Source: Malassezia furfur | Taxonomy: Eukaryota | Length of the DNA stretch: 64,000 bases | Direction: 5' to 3' (one strand) | Assembly (NCBI GenBank): GCA_052055015.1 | Contig: JBQJIT010000002.1 | Shown here: in pieces, positions 30,194 to 40,485 of the stretch | Numbering within the stretch: the stretch's first letter is position 1 | How the letters are laid out: each line of letters opens with the position of its first letter | Notes under the pieces: generated by a model | The model's database searches: none | What the model was told of the DNA's origin: nothing | Seen by the model: only the letters and a program-made list of their open reading frames with translations | Position numbers and translations under genes: made by a program

Positions 30194-30919
30194 CTACGAA
30201 GAAGATGCCTCTTTCTTCTCTTCCAGGGGTGGGGGGTTGACGGTCACATCGAGGTCCAACAGCTGGCTCGTGCCCAGGTTATGGATCCAGCCGTGGATCG
30301 TCACCCGCGGGTTCACCTTGCCGTTCAGCGGCGACACCTTTTGCCGCCAGTTATCTTGCACCACCGGGTGGTCAACAATGTTCTGGATCTGCCGGCGCAC
30401 ACTCGCCTCGGTGACGAGGCGCATCAACCGCTCCTGGAGCTGCGCCTCGTCCATCGTGTGACGCTCGTGCAGCTTGATGTAGAGGTAGCGTGCTAGGTCC
30501 GTCAGAGGCGTGAGGTGGCGCGTAAGCGCAGTGCTCTGCGTAACCTCTGAAATGCTCTCATCCCGCTCGCGCAGCACCTGCTTGACTGCCGCTGCCACAC
30601 CCCCGCAAGACGTGTGACCAACAACGATGATATGCTCGACACCCAGCGCCTGCACGGCAAACGTCAGTGCACTTACGGCACTATCATCGTGTAGATGAAA
30701 CTGGTTCGCAACGTTGCGAAGCACGAACAGCTCGCCTGGCCGCGCATTGCACACGACGCTCTCCGGCACACGAGAGTCGCTGCAGCCGATCCACAGCACC
30801 TTGGGGTGCTGACCCTCGCGCAGCGCCTGTGCAATATCAGGTTGTTGCGATTCAAACGATTTCGACCATGACTGATTCCGGTCAAGAAGCGAGTCGGGGA
30901 CTGCGTTGGTAAATGTCAT
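30194..30919 (-). CDS. NCE103: Beta-class carbonic anhydrase
   Basis: Zn ligands WIGCSDSRVPE and VGHTSCGG; PGELFVLRNVAN; first ATG at 30919. Confidence 0.95.
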   Translation of the reverse strand: MTFTNAVPDSLLDRNQSWSKSFESQQPDIAQALREGQHPKVLWIGCSDSRVPESVVCNARPGELFVLRNVANQFHLHDDSAVSALTFAVQALGVEHIIVVGHTSCGGVAAAVKQVLRERDESISEVTQSTALTRHLTPLTDLARYLYIKLHERHTMDEAQLQERLMRLVTEASVRRQIQNIVDHPVVQDNWRQKVSPLNGKVNPRVTIHGWIHNLGTSQLLDLDVTVNPPPLEEKKEASSS

Positions 30920-31443
30920 CGAGTTCTTGGACGCGTTGGAACAAAAACGCAATGGAACAGTTCGAGATGGAACAGAGCGGCACGGTCCAAGTGGGTCACA
31001 AGACTGGCACCTAAACCGAGAAGTTGGACAGATTAAGCGTGCGCTCAAACGTGGAACGGAAGAGGCGCGTATGGTGATATTGGAAAAAGGCAGGCTAGAT
31101 CACTTTGCCATTCAACCACGCCCCCGGCACGCGCAATAATTTCGGCGGGAAATTATTCAGGCGATTATGTCCGACGCCCAATTTGGCTGACACTCGAGCG
31201 AACCGGACAACAGCGATTTCATGCTCGGTACGCGATCTAAAAAATAGCAGCTCCTTTCGATCCCGCTGACGCCATAGGCAAAACGACAGGGCTGGTGACA
31301 GTACACCTTCCAGTCATAAAGGGGGCAGCACAAACCAAGGCCCCGATAGCGAGACCAATGCAATTCACGTATAGTCATGCCAGAGAATGCTATTTCTCAA
31401 AACACACATCAAAAAGACGGCCTTTGCACCTATCGATTAGCAC

Positions 31444-31831
31444 TTAGAACGGCTTGTCCGAGTCCGGGGTCTTGTCTAACACGTCAGTCACTCATACCCC
31501 GACTTACCCTCGTAGAACCAAGCCACCGGGGTCTTGTCCAACACGTCCTTCTGGAACAGCGGCACACCACTGAGCAGAACCGTCACAAGCACACCAGCCG
31601 ATGCACCCCAGATCGCCAGCGAGGGGACCCACCTGCGGTAAGTTTGCACACAACGAGGGCGCGTACTTCATCATATATTGCGGCGACCTGCACGTGTTAG
31701 TCACAATGCCAAGGGAGCTATACGTACAGCGTGTTGCCAATGTGCGGCTGGAAACGCGGCACATTGTAGGCAGCGCGAGGAGTCGCGCGGAACGCACGGA
31801 ACGCAGCAGACGAGGCACGGAATGCAGACAT
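31444..31831 (-). CDS. QCR10: Cytochrome bc1 complex subunit 10 (four exons), not in the ORF track
   Basis: Manual splicing gives MSAFRASSAAFRAFRATPRAAYNVPRFQPHIGNTLSPQYMMKWVPSLAIWGASAGVLVTVLLSGVPLFQKDVLDKTPVAWFYEDKTPDSDKPF*; the DKTPxSDxPF tail is typical of Qcr10; all three introns are GT-AG. Confidence 0.85.
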
Positions 31832-31967
31832 GGCGATTTAGTCGAGGTTCGTTAGCGCGATCCACACGGGCGGTTGGCTTCTCTCGGCCGAAAACCGGAA
31901 GCCGCCGGCAGGATTGAAAATCGGCGCACCCTAAACGGACTATGGAGGCGCACGGTCCCTATCCTAC

Positions 31968-33174
31968 CTAGTTGAGATCCTGCTTCAAGACGAAACGGTA
32001 GCGAATGTCGCCCTTGGACACACGCTCCACCGCCTTCGAGCATTCCTTCATGTCCACAAGCTCGATCCACGGCTCGATCTTCTTTTCAGCGGCAAGCTGG
32101 AGCATCGAGAGGGCCTCCTTCTTGTTGCCAATGTGGCTGCTGCCCAGGAATGCACCACGCATGGCCAGGTCCTGAACGCGCAGCTTGATCAAATCCTCAG
32201 GCATGCCCACACAAATGCAACGGCCTTCCGTTTTCAGCGCAGAAACCATGCCGGGAAGGTCCACAGCCGCCGACGAAGCAGTGTTGATGATCACATCAAA
32301 CGGTTTGTTGAGGTACTTCTTCGACCACTCCGGGTCCTCCTTGGTGGAAACGAACTCTGAAGCACCCATCTTCAGCGCGTCGTCCTTCTTGTTGGCTGAG
32401 TGCGAAATGGCCACGACTTCAGCGCCCATCGCCTTGGCAAACATCACGGCAAAGTGACCAAGACCACCGATACCCACGACGCCCACGCGCGAGCCAGGAC
32501 CCACCTTGTTGCGGAGCAGCGGGCTGTACACGGTCAGACCGGCACACAGCATAGGAGCCGCGTGTTCCGACTTGAGGCCCTCAGGAATGGGGAACACAAA
32601 CTGTTCAGGAGCACGAATGTTGGTCGAGTAACCACCCTGTGCGATACTGCCATCCGGCCAGGTCGAGTTGTAGGTGTCAACCATGTGACCCTTGCCATCC
32701 CCGATACAGTCTGTCGTGTGAGCAAGTGTCGTGTGACAGATACATACAGTTCTCGTTGTCGTGCGTACAAGGGTAACAGTGCATGCAGCTGCCCACCTGC
32801 GCACCTACACCAACGCGGTCACCGACCTTGATGTCCTTGACATTCTTGCCAACCTCTGTCGTGTGAGTACGTCTAGTTGACGTCATACGCACTGGTAACC
32901 GTGCCGATGATTTCATGACCAGGAATGACCTGAGGCACATTCAGCGGGCCCCTAAAAGTTAGCAACTTGCGCTCCTCTCATGTAACGCACCATCCACCCG
33001 AGATCGTATGCACATCCGAGCCACAGATACCGCAGTGAGTAATCGAGACATCGATGTCATCGTCTTCCGGCGTCTGATCGTTAGCATAGGTTAAAAACAT
33101 ACCTTCAAGTCAAAGTCGATGACCTTGAAGTCGGTCCAGTTCTTCGTGTCACTGATGGCGTATCCCTTGGGCAT
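31968..33174 (-). CDS. NADP-dependent zinc alcohol dehydrogenase (ADH6/7, cinnamyl-ADH family), several introns
   Basis: CGICGSDVH, PGHEIIG, GDRVGVGAQVGSCMHC..C, APMLCAGLTVYSPL, GIGGLGH, IRYRFVL. Confidence 0.92.
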
Positions 33175-33315
33175 GTTCGTGCTAGTTTGAGTCTACGAAT
33201 CTACCCCGTTCTACTCGGCCCGGGCATACCCAACGTGCACATTACTGGTAATCATGCTTACATAATTGATCATTATGTGCACGGACTCATCACGCAATGT
33301 TAAGTAAGTCGCGCC

Positions 33316-34016
33316 CTAGCGGGGACCATACAATGTTCGCGCGCGCTGGGTGAAAGCGTCAATCATTTTTGTGGAGAGCTTTTGGAAGACTTGGCTCGCC
33401 AGTGTTGCGTAAATTTGGTTTGCGAAGGAATAGTGCAATGCAAACTTTACTCGTGTCCGAGGTGACTTGCCTGCCGCCGGCAGAGTATGGAACTGCCAAG
33501 TCGTACTTAGTTCATTAAATAGAGCCGATGGTTTCGCACGGGCCTGGCGTAAGAAGATCGACATACCGTGACAAACTCATTTGGCCGCATGCTCACTTCA
33601 CTGATATAGCTTTCACGGACACTTGCGAATCCGATGGCAAGCTCTGCATCTACCACGGAGGTTGCCTGATCCTTTTTCGTGCGGGGATCTGGGCTCTTTG
33701 TAGGTCCCAAAACACGCGATGCGACACAGAAAGGAACAAATTCAGAGTAAGAGTCGACATCTGACACAACTTTAAAGAGTTCTGCTCTCGAATAAGGAAG
33801 AATCACTGTTTCGTGGAATTCCTCTCCCTGAGGTGATCCACCACCGAGAATGCCATTGAGATTGAGAAAGGAACGTGTTACTACGCGGGGAACAACGTGC
33901 GCGGATGGCTTGACAATGTCGCGACTGGTATGTGTTATTGGATGAAAGAATGCAGAGCATGATCCTCGACCCACACGCGGTTGTAAGCGCATAGTCGGGA
34001 AGCCTCGTACCAACAT
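33316..34016 (-). CDS. COQ10: Coenzyme Q-binding protein COQ10 (START domain), one intron
   Basis: Mitochondrial-type N-terminus, LPYSRAELFKVVSDVDSYSEFVPFC, AELAIGF, LFNELSTTWQF, MIDAFTQRA. Confidence 0.88.
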
Positions 34017-34148
34017 GCTGTTCGGCAGATCACAAGTGTAGTCCAATGGGGGCACTTCTGAATTTTTTTTATGCGGAGGCCCAAGCTCAGATTTTCGGAA
34101 GGCTAGAATTTTTGTATCGACGTGGTCGAACGTGCATAAAGTGAGAGC

Positions 34149-35113
34149 ATGCCGTTGGACACAAACCGATACCTGGCCAACCAAGGTTGGCGTGGCCATG
34201 GATCTCCACTAGATGGTGAACGTGGTAGAGGGCTGAAGAAGCCCCTCATCATCCCACAGAAACGCAATCTTGGCGGTATCGGACAAAACCGTGACAGGGC
34301 AGTTGAATGGTGGGATGATGTCTTTGCAGTATGTTTTGCAAACTGACTCAGGCGGGAGCTAAGGCACTCGCGATTGGTACGGCAAAGAAGAAGGAGTGTG
34401 AAGCGCCCGTGCCTCGTCGATCTCTTTCGTCACTTGCAAAACTCGAGCACGCACGTCGGATGCTCATGAGCGGTTTCGTACGGGGTGAAATTATTGGAGA
34501 TACCACTCTTTTGAATCAGAACCAAGATACTGATCAGAGCTCAAATACGAATTCAAAAAGTGTGTCCTCCGAAACGAAGCCTGAAGCTCTTGAAGTGGAC
34601 AAGACCTTCCAGACGAACCAAAGCAAGGATAATATTGATGAGGAAAAACAATCCAAGATACATGCAAAGAGCAGCAGTAAAAGAAAGAGAACTGATGACG
34701 CTGAGCTGGATGAGAACAGAAACCTGAAGAAAGCGAAGGACAAGGATATTAAAAAGGTCAAGAAGGCCGAGCGGAAGGCCGAGCGGAAGGCCGAGAGGAA
34801 GGGCGAGAAGAAGGGCGAGAAGAAGGGCGAGAAGAAGGGCGAGAAGAAGGGCAAGAAGAAGGGCAAGAAGAAGGACGAGAAGAAAGCCATATCGGAATTA
34901 ACATCCAGTCTCCCAGAAAGCACTGAATCCCACACTCTTAAGACACATTCAGCTGAACAATATGCCAAGAAGAGCAAAAAATCTCACGATACAGAGAAGA
35001 AAAAAAAGAAAGTTAAATCCTCTGCATTCGAGAGATCGCCCAAAGCCGACAAGTCAAAGAAACCGGAGAAGTCAAAGAAATCCAAGTCAAAACGGCCCTT
35101 GGAGGAAGAATAA
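34149..35113 (+). CDS. TMA23: G-patch-like, lysine-rich nucleolar protein (Tma23-like); 23-nt intron 34329-34351
   Basis: YLANQGWRG...GLKKPL...GGIG...EWWDDVF, then FVRGE and a long K/E-rich tail. Confidence 0.7.
34763..34882 (+). repeat. Coding minisatellite, 10 x 12 bp (KAER x3, KGEK x4, KGKK x2, KDEK)
   Basis: Units AAGGCCGAGCGG / AAGGGCGAGAAG / AAGGGCAAGAAG read directly. Confidence 0.9.
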
Positions 35114-35430
35114 GAGCACGAGCCGCGCAGAGATTGACGGAACTTTGCAGGCACTTCCCTGTCATGGTTCTCTCGTGCTCATTGCGCATGCATGACCTTC
35201 TTTGACTATCCTTATGCTTGAAAAAGACCATTGGTTCTCTAGATACCCACAATGAGCGCGCATTTAAAACTAATAGTTGCTCACTTGTTTGTTGCCGAAT
35301 GGCCACTGTAACCACGAGGCAGCAAGACTTGCGTTGCGGACCTCCACCCAGGACCATCAGTTAAGGTTCCCTCCATAAGGAAGGACGGCGTGCACAACTG
35401 CAGTGCATTCCGCCGGCGACTGGGAACCTG

Positions 35431-36342
35431 ATGGAGACCAAAACTCCTGTGAAGGAAGGTCAAAAAGTTCCTGATGCACCGCTGCGATGCGGCAAATCGC
35501 TAATCGACTGTACCCTGACCACTGCTCAAGCTCAAGTCTCCATGGCACAGTCGTTCTTCTACGGGCTAATGCAGAAAGTTATGGTCCGAGCGCTCTCAAT
35601 GGGCCCTCTTCCCCGACACATTGCCTTTATAATGGATGGGAATCGTCGGTGGTCGCGTGCGAATGGAATGCGCGTGTTCGAAGGGCACAAAATGGGATTC
35701 CAAGCGTTGCGACGGGTTCTGGAGCTGTGCATGTCACTCGAGGGGATATACATGGTTACTGTGTATGCATTTGCGATCGATAACTTCAAAAGGAGCCAAG
35801 AGGAGGTCGACGCATTAATGGAACTCGCCAAGTCGCGTCTTTTGGAGCTCTACGATCATGGGGAGGTCGTTTCTCGGTACTCGGTGCGTGTGCGCGTCGT
35901 GGGCCAACGACACCTGCTTCCATCAGGCGTACAAGATGCCGTTAAACGCCTGGAGGAGGCAACAAAGCACAATACGGGGGCCGTACTTAACATCTGTATG
36001 CCCTACTCGGCCCAGGACGAGCTATGCCATGCAGTGTCCGGTTGCGTCGAGCGCGCTTTCTCCATGACGCCGGCGTCGATCGATGAACATCTCATGGTAC
36101 CGACCGACGTGCCTGTGGACCTGCTGGTGCGCACCTCCAGCGTGCACCGGTTGAGCGACTTTATGCTGTGGCAGTGCAACGAAGACACTCAGCTCCACTT
36201 TGTGGATCAGTACTGGCCGCTATTCGGCGCGCGCGAGTTGATTCCCATTCTGCTACAGTACCAGCGTGAGCGGCTATGGGGACGCAGTAAAGCATGTGGG
36301 ACGCACAATGACCTTCCATCACGGCAGAGCTCAGGTCGGTAA
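35431..36342 (+). CDS. RER2: cis-prenyltransferase (dehydrodolichyl diphosphate synthase)
   Basis: PRHIAFIMDGNRRW, VTVYAFAIDNFKR, LNICMPY, DLLVRTS..RLSDFMLWQ; true start may be 35542. Confidence 0.92.
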   Translation: METKTPVKEGQKVPDAPLRCGKSLIDCTLTTAQAQVSMAQSFFYGLMQKVMVRALSMGPLPRHIAFIMDGNRRWSRANGMRVFEGHKMGFQALRRVLELCMSLEGIYMVTVYAFAIDNFKRSQEEVDALMELAKSRLLELYDHGEVVSRYSVRVRVVGQRHLLPSGVQDAVKRLEEATKHNTGAVLNICMPYSAQDELCHAVSGCVERAFSMTPASIDEHLMVPTDVPVDLLVRTSSVHRLSDFMLWQCNEDTQLHFVDQYWPLFGARELIPILLQYQRERLWGRSKACGTHNDLPSRQSSGR

Positions 36343-36527
36343 AGTGAAGGACGCCCAGTTTATTTTGGCCATGCATGAAGATGATGCGCTGTGGAGGCAA
36401 GCAGTGCAACACCGATGAATAGGCCCGCTGACAGTGCTGACAGGTGGTGGTGGATGCACAACGTCGGTCGTGCGCGTCGATCGTGCAAGTGGTATTCTTT
36501 CTGTACAATACGTACCCAGTCGTTTCG

Positions 36528-37865
36528 TTAGTTGGTCGTAGAAGGCAGGGGCAACAGACCGCATTCCACCTCGCGCGAAATGTTCGCCGGGTTGCGCAGC
36601 CGATCGACCACCACCTCACGGAAGGCTGTGAGGGTGCAAAGTTCAGGATGTCCAGGGTAGTGCTTCCCGTCTGCTGCACAACCTGGCAGCTGCAATACTT
36701 CGTCACCGTAGCGGCACCGAACATATGCACGGTCCTCGCTCGTGTGCGTTTTCGATGCGTGCTCATCATCAAACAGCTCGCAACTAATCGCGGCGCTGAA
36801 GTCGGGCCACTTATCGTTGAAACACTCGATGCACTGGAGGATGCCCACCAGCGTCGCGTCATGCGCTAGGTAAACGCTGAGCCGGCGCTCGTCCGCGCCA
36901 ACAATGCGCTGCACAAATTGGCCATATAGCGATGCGAGAAATTCGCCCATGGCCAGGCGGCGATACTGCGCGCGCTCGACAAGGTCTTTGGATTGGTACC
37001 CTGCGAACCACTCGTGCACCACCGCCTTTTCCATCGGCCGCACAATGTTTTCATCCAAGAATGGCCGGGGTATCGGAATCCCATGCGCGAGTGCCGCACG
37101 GGCGGTATCAACGAGCCCACTGAGCCGGGGGTGGCCGTCGATACGCGCGCCTTTGCCAGAGTTGTGCGGCGCAATTTGGTCGTCGAACTTGGCCAACTCG
37201 GGATTATACAGTATGGCAGCCTCATCGGAAAACTTGCGCAAGAGCTGCGCAAGCCGCGGACAGGGGCGCGAGTTGGGTAGCATATCCTCCTGTCCGTTAT
37301 TGCGGATATAGACGAGGGGTACGAGCGCGTCGGGCACATCTGTTGGCGACCCAAGCAGTCCCGTAATAACCTGGTCCATGCTTTGTTTGGTGCGAGGAAT
37401 GTTGGTGCTGCGAAAGTACACGTACGGCGCATCGTCAGCCCGGAGCGTGGTGGGGAGCAGGTGCAACTGGTCGATGTAGATGTGCCGGATGGCTAGGCCA
37501 ATCTTGAGCATCGATTCGCGGCCCAGGTCCGTCAGCTCGCCTAGAAGGCAGTCGCCGGGGGCCCCGGGCTTGGGCGTAGTGCCGAGCTTGGCGATTTCGA
37601 CGCGACGCTGGATCGAGGCGCGTGACGGAATGGTTTTGGAGTCGTCATCGTCGGCATACCTCAGCACAGCCTTATCAAACTCGTGTGAGGTATGACACAG
37701 GTTCCACGGCTCAACGATGGGAGGGGAAGCCGTTTCCAACCGGCTCCGTACCGGCGCGCGCTCGCCGTGACGAAGAATGTAGGTAACTTGGCGTAGCGCG
37801 AAGCCATCAGGGGGTGGGGTCTAGCCTAGGGTATCCGAGGTTCGTCCTCGGTGTTGGGGGAGCAT
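36528..37865 (-). CDS. Histidine acid phosphatase (branch 2), with an in-frame TAG at 37821-37823 just before the catalytic motif; possibly a pseudogene or null allele
   Basis: LRHGERAP catalytic motif, GELTDLG, YFRSTNIPRTKQS, AHDATL, WPDFSA; ATG 37865 is in frame but interrupted by a stop. Confidence 0.8.
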
Positions 37866-38155
37866 ATCAGAAGGGGCACAGCTGGACCTGCGCCAATGGG
37901 CGGGAATAGCGCATTGCCGTGCGGTCGGGAGGCAAGCCTCGGCGGCCAGGCGCCCATGACATAAGCCCGGGGCGTGGATTGGCCCCGCTGGCAATCTGTC
38001 GTCGGCCCCGATCGGGGGAGGGCCCTGGGTTGGGGTCGGCGCCAGCGCCGCCTGTGCGCGTCTGTGCGTGCGCGACGGCCAGGCAGCGACATATGGACGT
38101 ATGCCGCCGGTGCACTGTAGTCGTTTCTTTCTTTGCATACAAGACATTCAAGAGC

Positions 38156-39305
38156 CTATGAGCTGAGCGAGACACTCGACAATGTGCCAGGAAGCGGGAC
38201 CTTGCCTTCATTGTACAGGAGCGCAACGGTGCCCACGGCCGACACAAACAGCAGCGAGACGGTGCCGATAATCAGCAGCGTGAGGTCCGATTTGTCCTGC
38301 TTCTCGCATGCCGAGCCCGTCTGATGTGAGTGGTTGTGTACGTACCCAGTAGAATGTGCGCTGCTTCGTCTTGGTCGGCGTGCACTGGCAACGCCAGCAC
38401 TTCTGCAAACCCTTGCTCGTCTCAATCGGTACACCGTGCCCGCTGCACTTGCCCGTCGCACTTTCGAGACTCTGCGCACTGACGTGGCAAGCACCTGCGT
38501 TCGGGAGCGTCCCGTTCGGGCGGCGCATGGGACCACCGATCCCGATGGCGCGCGTCGTGAACGCAGCAAGATTCGGCTGGCCATCCGTGCTCCGACGTTC
38601 GAGCGTGCGCTCATCTTCAGACGCCGTGTTCACCACCACGAGCGGGAACGCAGCATCCATCTTCTTTTGCACGAACTGCTCTAGGGCCGCACGCAGCTGC
38701 TCCTTGGCCTGCTTGTACACATCGCTTGCCGCACCAAACTCTTTCCGAACCTTTTGGAGCGCATCAAAACGCATCCGGTTGAGCCTGGACAGGGCCAAAA
38801 GCGTCTCATCCGCGGCATACTTCTCCAGTTGGTCGACTTCGGCCCGGAGCCGGTCGAGCGCCTCATTGGATTTAGACGCACAATTATGGACGACGCCATC
38901 GCGGCTTTCTCCATAGAGAGACGCCAGCGAATCAAAGTCCTCGTCCGACCGGTGCGGCACCGTATGCGTCGCCTGCAGACTCTCGCCAAACAGGTCACGT
39001 TCGTCCGCACCGCTGTTGAACGTGAGGACCACAGCACCGCCGGGGCGGAAGAGCGCCGATGCATCGTATTCCGCCGTGTCTGCCGGCAAATGGTGCCAGA
39101 GATCGGGATGGTCGGGCGCCGGCGCGTCGAGGACGCGGTTGTCGACGCCAAGATGGTGCGATAACACATGGTGCGCATCCGGAGCCGAGATTTCCACGGT
39201 CCGTGGCGTCGAAACAAGGCCCGCAGGCAGGTATATCGTCGTCAGCTGGCCCAAGACAGCCACAGGCGCCGCGAGAGCCGCAAGCGCGTACACCACCGAG
39301 CGCAT
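38156..39305 (-). CDS. Type I membrane protein with DUF3844 domain (Vps3844-like), one intron
   Basis: Signal peptide MRSVVYALAALAAPVAVLG; Cys-rich ATGKCSGHG...CWRCQC...YW|TGSACEKQD followed by a TM helix and LPGTL tail. Confidence 0.8.
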
Positions 39306-39390
39306 GGCGGAGGGTTGGAAGGCGGAGGGCCCGCGCCCCTCGGCCGAAGAAACGGTGTAGGTCCTCCACGCCTCCACCACTCCACTGGGC

Positions 39391-40403
39391 ATGGCGGCGG
39401 ACGCGTACGATCCCTCTGGATCCACGCGCCTGAGTCGTGCGTCGAAAGATGTTATGTTTGGCTCCGTCGCAGGGATGATGAGCAAGATCATTGAGCATCC
39501 GTTTGATTTGATCAAGGTTCGCTTGCAAACGCAACCAGAAACGCCGCATTATACAGGTGCATACGACTGCTGCCGTCAGATTCTGCGCACCGAGGGCGTG
39601 CGCGGCCTGTTTCGTGGCGTATCAATGCCGCTCGTGGGTGCCACACTCGAAAATGCTGCGCTATTTCTCACATACAACCAAATTCAGGCGCTTCTTCGAG
39701 CTGCTTATGGGACACCGTCGGATGCCGAGCCGTCGGTGTCACAGCTGGTACTCTCGGGGGCGGGCGCAGGCGCGGTGGCCGCATGTGTACTCACCCCCGT
39801 GGAACTGATAAAATGCAAAATGCAAGTGCAGACGATGGCGAAGCGTCATACCGCGACGCTGCTGCCGGCTCAGGGTGCTCTCAGTTTCATTGCTAAAACC
39901 GTACGCGAGAGCGGCGTGCGTGGGCTCTGGCTCGGATTCTCCGGGACGCTCTTACGTGAGACGGGTGGAAGCATGGCGTGGTTCACGGCGTTTGAGCTGT
40001 CCACCCGAGAGCTGTTGCGCCTGCACGGCAAACATCACCGCGCCGACTTGAGCAGTGTCGAGCTGGCGGCTTGCGGTGCCCTGGCGGGAATCAGTTACAA
40101 TGTGAGCCTTTTCCCTGCCGACAGCGTCAAATCGATGATGCAGACGGAGCGCGAGCTGCAAATGCAGCACGCCACCACGCACAAGCCGACCGGTTTCTTC
40201 CGGACGCTGGACAAAATTTATCGGACTCGTGGGATCCGGGGTCTGTATGCGGGTCTCGGCGTGACATGTCTACGAAGTGCGCCGAGTAGCGGTACGTATG
40301 GAGCGCCACTAATATACAGCACTGGTTTTGTATGTAACACTGCTGCTGACCCAGTTTGGTGTACAACAAGCTCGAGCAGGCTGCCGAGCATTACGGTTGG
40401 TAG
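39391..40403 (+). CDS. Mitochondrial carrier, ornithine/amino-acid transporter-like (Ort1-like); 10-nt micro-exon 40320-40329
   Basis: Three carrier signatures PFDLIKVRLQ, PVELIKCKMQ, PADSVKSMMQ; spliced end RSAPSS|ALVF|LVYNKLEQAAEHYGW*. Confidence 0.88.
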
Positions 40404-40485
40404 AGTCATTTGCGCACAGTCCACCCACGTGGTCGATCGGCCCATCTAGCGCGGCTGACCGGAGGCCCGTGAGTTCTTCCCAACA

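Noticed and set aside
30920..31443. Relatively long, AT-richer intergenic region as a possible ncRNA or centromere
   Set aside because: Not nearly AT-rich enough for a Malassezia-type centromere core and no RNA motif seen; explained as carbonic anhydrase promoter plus QCR10 3'UTR.
33494..33500. Further TGCCAAG words (33494, 29041)
   Set aside because: Inside coding sequence and within chance expectation for a 7-mer.
35114..35260. Inverted repeats (GAGCACGAG...CTCGTGCTC; GCTCATTG...CAATGAGC) suggesting a structured ncRNA
   Set aside because: No H/ACA, C/D, snRNA, SRP or riboswitch motifs recognised; stems are short. An Infernal/Rfam scan would be decisive.
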